In this document: piece after piece, positions 61,434 through 64,000 of the stretch
Layout: the number at the start of each line of letters is the position of its first letter
Numbering within the stretch: the stretch's first letter is position 1
Source: Rhodospirillaceae bacterium
GTDB lineage: Bacteria > Pseudomonadota > Alphaproteobacteria > TMED109
Assembly (NCBI GenBank): GCA_902615805.1
Contig: CACMQH010000001.1
Coordinates: forward strand, 157,222 to 221,221
Direction: 5' to 3'
DNA length: 64,000 nt
Translations under genes and position numbers: made by a program
The notes under the pieces: generated by a model
Database searches by the model: none
What the model was told of the DNA's origin: nothing
What the model saw: only the letters and a program-made list of their open reading frames with translations

Positions 61434-62177
61434 TTAATCTATAGAAAATAGTATATTAGACTGTTTTAAAATATTGCTAATTTTTTTAATGGCTTTTTCT
61501 ATTAATTTCAAATCTTTACCTCTTAAAACTATATTAGTTCCAATTTTTGGAGGATTATAAAATGGATAACTTCCTATATCGATACTATCGAATTCTTCAC
61601 TTAAATTCTTCAAATCTTCAGCTATGTCTCCCTCAGGTTTTTCAATTTTTAAAGTTTTTGAAAAAAATACTTTTCCCTTCTTTAGTCTAGGTTCTACACC
61701 TTCTAGAAACATTGCTTGCATTATTTTAGGAACTCCTGCCATCACCCAAACATTTTTTATATTAAATCCAGGCGCTGCAGATACTGAATTCATAATTAAT
61801 TTTGATTGAGCTGGAAAATATGCCATTTTCATTCTACTTTCATTAAGTTCAAATTTACTACTTTTATAATAATCCTCTAATAACTGTTTTGCTTTCTTAT
61901 TTATTACTAGTTTTTTTTTAAATGCTAAAGCAATTGATACAGCTGTAATATCGTCGTGTGTAGGACCAATGCCACCAGTCACGAAAACATTTTTATATTT
62001 TTTTGACGCCTCTAAAATTGTTTTTTTTATAATTTTTACTCTGTCAGGTATCACTCTGATTTCATCAATACTAATTCCAATCTTCGAACAACGCCCTGCA
62101 ATGAAATTAGAGTTTTTATCAAGTGTTCTTCCTGATAATATTTCATTTCCAATAATTATAATGATAGCATTTTGCAT
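61434..62177 (-). CDS. CinA-like molybdopterin-binding protein
   Basis: IGNEILSGRTLDKN, TGGIGPTHDDIT, MAGVP, IGSYP. Confidence 0.9.
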   Translation of the reverse strand: MQNAIIIIIGNEILSGRTLDKNSNFIAGRCSKIGISIDEIRVIPDRVKIIKKTILEASKKYKNVFVTGGIGPTHDDITAVSIALAFKKKLVINKKAKQLLEDYYKSSKFELNESRMKMAYFPAQSKLIMNSVSAAPGFNIKNVWVMAGVPKIMQAMFLEGVEPRLKKGKVFFSKTLKIEKPEGDIAEDLKNLSEEFDSIDIGSYPFYNPPKIGTNIVLRGKDLKLIEKAIKKISNILKQSNILFSID

Positions 62178-62288
62178 ATTTTTAGAATATAGATTTGCTG
62201 TGATTAATCAAAAAAATAATAAAAAAATTGTATTATTCAATCAAGCATTGAGGTTTTTTTTATAAAATGATAAATATGCAATAGAATT

Positions 62289-63104
62289 ATGAATAATAAC
62301 ACTATTTTCGATGAATATAATAATCCTGTTTTTCTGCATAGCGAAGAGGATTTTGACAAAATGAGAAAAGCTGGCAAACTAGCGTCACAGGTGTTAGATT
62401 ATATTACTCCTTATGTTAAAGAAAATGTGACCACACTTGAGCTTGATAAACTATGTCATGATTTTATAATATCAAATGGAGCAATACCTGCTCCACTAAA
62501 TTATAAAGGTTTTCCCAAATCAATATGTACATCAGTAAACCACGTTGTTTGTCATGGAATTCCTGCGAACAAAATACTTAAAAGTGGTGATATTATTAAT
62601 ATTGATATAACGGTTATACTAGATGAATGGCATGGGGATACTAGCAGAATGTTTTTTATTGGAAAAAAAAATATTAAATCAGAAAAGTTAGTTGATGTTA
62701 CATTCAATTCTATGTGGGAAGGAATTAAAAAGGTTAAACCTGGAAATACATTGGGCGATATTGGAAATGCTATTCAAGATTATGCTGAGAACTTTGGATA
62801 TTCAGTCGTACGTGACTTCTGTGGGCACGGGATAGGGAGAGTATTTCATTGTGCTCCAAATATTTTACATTACGGAGAAAAAGGAAAAGGTATGCAATTA
62901 AAAGAAGGAATGATATTTACTATAGAGCCAATGATTAACATTGGAAAAAAAGATATTAAAATATTGAGTGATGGATGGACAGCTGTTACAAGAGATAAAA
63001 AATTATCAGCCCAATATGAACATACAGTAGGTGTAACTAAAAGTGGCTATGAAGTATTTACCCTATCTAAAAAGGAAAAAGCAAATATAAATCAGTTGTT
63101 TTAA
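62289..63104 (+). CDS. map: Methionine aminopeptidase type I
   Basis: SVNHVVCHGIP, NIDIT, HGDTSR, FCGHGIG, TIEPMIN, SAQYEHT. Confidence 0.98.
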   Translation: MNNNTIFDEYNNPVFLHSEEDFDKMRKAGKLASQVLDYITPYVKENVTTLELDKLCHDFIISNGAIPAPLNYKGFPKSICTSVNHVVCHGIPANKILKSGDIINIDITVILDEWHGDTSRMFFIGKKNIKSEKLVDVTFNSMWEGIKKVKPGNTLGDIGNAIQDYAENFGYSVVRDFCGHGIGRVFHCAPNILHYGEKGKGMQLKEGMIFTIEPMINIGKKDIKILSDGWTAVTRDKKLSAQYEHTVGVTKSGYEVFTLSKKEKANINQLF

Positions 63105-63129
63105 TTTTTTTTTTTTGTAAAATTAAATT

Positions 63130-63315
63130 ATGTATTATCATCCTCTTATCGGAGTATTTATATTTTTAATAGCTATAATTTTTTCATTTATTTTAGGTAG
63201 ACTTTATATCAAGAAAAAACTGAATTTAGTCTTCAATAATGACGATAAAAAAAATTCTTCTTTACCCAAAGGAGAAATTACCGCTCCAGATGCTCCTTGG
63301 TTAGACAAAAAATGA
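63130..63315 (+). CDS. Small single-pass membrane protein of unknown function
   Basis: 61-aa ATG-initiated ORF with a hydrophobic N-terminal segment, filling the gap between map and cytochrome c'. Confidence 0.55.
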   Translation: MYYHPLIGVFIFLIAIIFSFILGRLYIKKKLNLVFNNDDKKNSSLPKGEITAPDAPWLDKK

Positions 63316-63390
63316 TCTAATTGTAATATTAATATATTATAGCTTATTTAATATATTGCTTTTAAATTAAAACAAACTAATATTAAAGTT

Positions 63391-63924
63391 ATGAACAGAT
63401 TTTTTAAATTATTGATATTATTACTTATATCATATTCTATCAATCATGTCACAGCATCAGATTTTGATGAGACCTTAATTACTATTGAAACTCGTAAAAC
63501 AGCAATGCAAGGTATTTGGGAAAGAGTAAAAAGATTGTCACCCTATGTAGAACTAAAAGAAAAAGTTGATTATAATAAAGATTTAGCTGCAAATGATGCC
63601 CAGGAGATAGTAAAATTATTAGAAAAAACAAAATACCTATGGTCTGAAAAAAGTAATTTATCTTCTAAAGGTTTCACTAATGCAACACCAGCGGTCTGGG
63701 CTCTACCAGATTATTTTAATAAATTATACTCTAAAGCTGAGCAATCAGCGTTAAACCTTAACAATGCTATAACAAATGATAATATAGATGATACTGTTAT
63801 TGCAATGTGTGGTTTAGGCAAAGCATGTGGCACTTGCCATGCTAATTTTAGAAGATTATTAACTAGTCAGCTTGCTAATGAAGTAAGTGGTTGGTCTGGG
63901 AAGTACGTCGAAAATTGTAAATAA
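63391..63924 (+). CDS. Class II cytochrome c (cytochrome c'/c556-like)
   Basis: Signal peptide, RKTAMQ, A.PAVW...F, C-terminal CGTCH heme motif. Confidence 0.85.
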   Translation: MNRFFKLLILLLISYSINHVTASDFDETLITIETRKTAMQGIWERVKRLSPYVELKEKVDYNKDLAANDAQEIVKLLEKTKYLWSEKSNLSSKGFTNATPAVWALPDYFNKLYSKAEQSALNLNNAITNDNIDDTVIAMCGLGKACGTCHANFRRLLTSQLANEVSGWSGKYVENCK

Positions 63925-64000
63925 ACCTTACTGTAAGTTTGATTCTTTTAAAACATACTTGCCATCCTTCAATCCATCAAATACAGAGCTAATTTGTGGA

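Noticed and set aside
63925-64000. Possible 3' end of a minus-strand gene at the window edge
   Set aside because: Too short to assign a frame or a product.

Overview
Window from a very AT-rich bacterium. Gene order and protein sequences suggest an Alphaproteobacterium, probably a streamlined marine lineage; this is inferred, not proven. Positions 1-12.4 kb hold the core transcription/translation cluster on the minus strand (tRNA-Gly, tRNA-Trp, secE, nusG, rplKAJL, rpoBC, rpsL, start of rpsG), with no tuf gene between the tRNAs. Positions 12.5-61.3 kb are a ~49 kb surface-glycan island with no integrase or transposase. It is divided into cassettes by tRNA-Tyr, a decayed direct-repeat copy of tRNA-Tyr, rlmB and tRNA-Thr, and ends at the 3' end of tRNA-Leu. 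The island encodes three NeuB-family nonulosonate synthases with different architectures, pse-type genes, a WbpB/D/E diamino-uronate pathway, PAPS-dependent sulfation and many tailoring enzymes. Housekeeping genes resume after 61.4 kb (cinA-like, map, cytochrome c'). The most striking observations are: (1) RpoB carries a ~72-aa SH3b-like insertion just after the gate loop, plus an 11-aa deletion in the same lobe; (2) the island has a tRNA-anchored cassette structure with a tRNA-Tyr pseudogene; (3) several uncharacterised glycan-tailoring modules. All protein calls come from motif recognition by eye; no searches were run.
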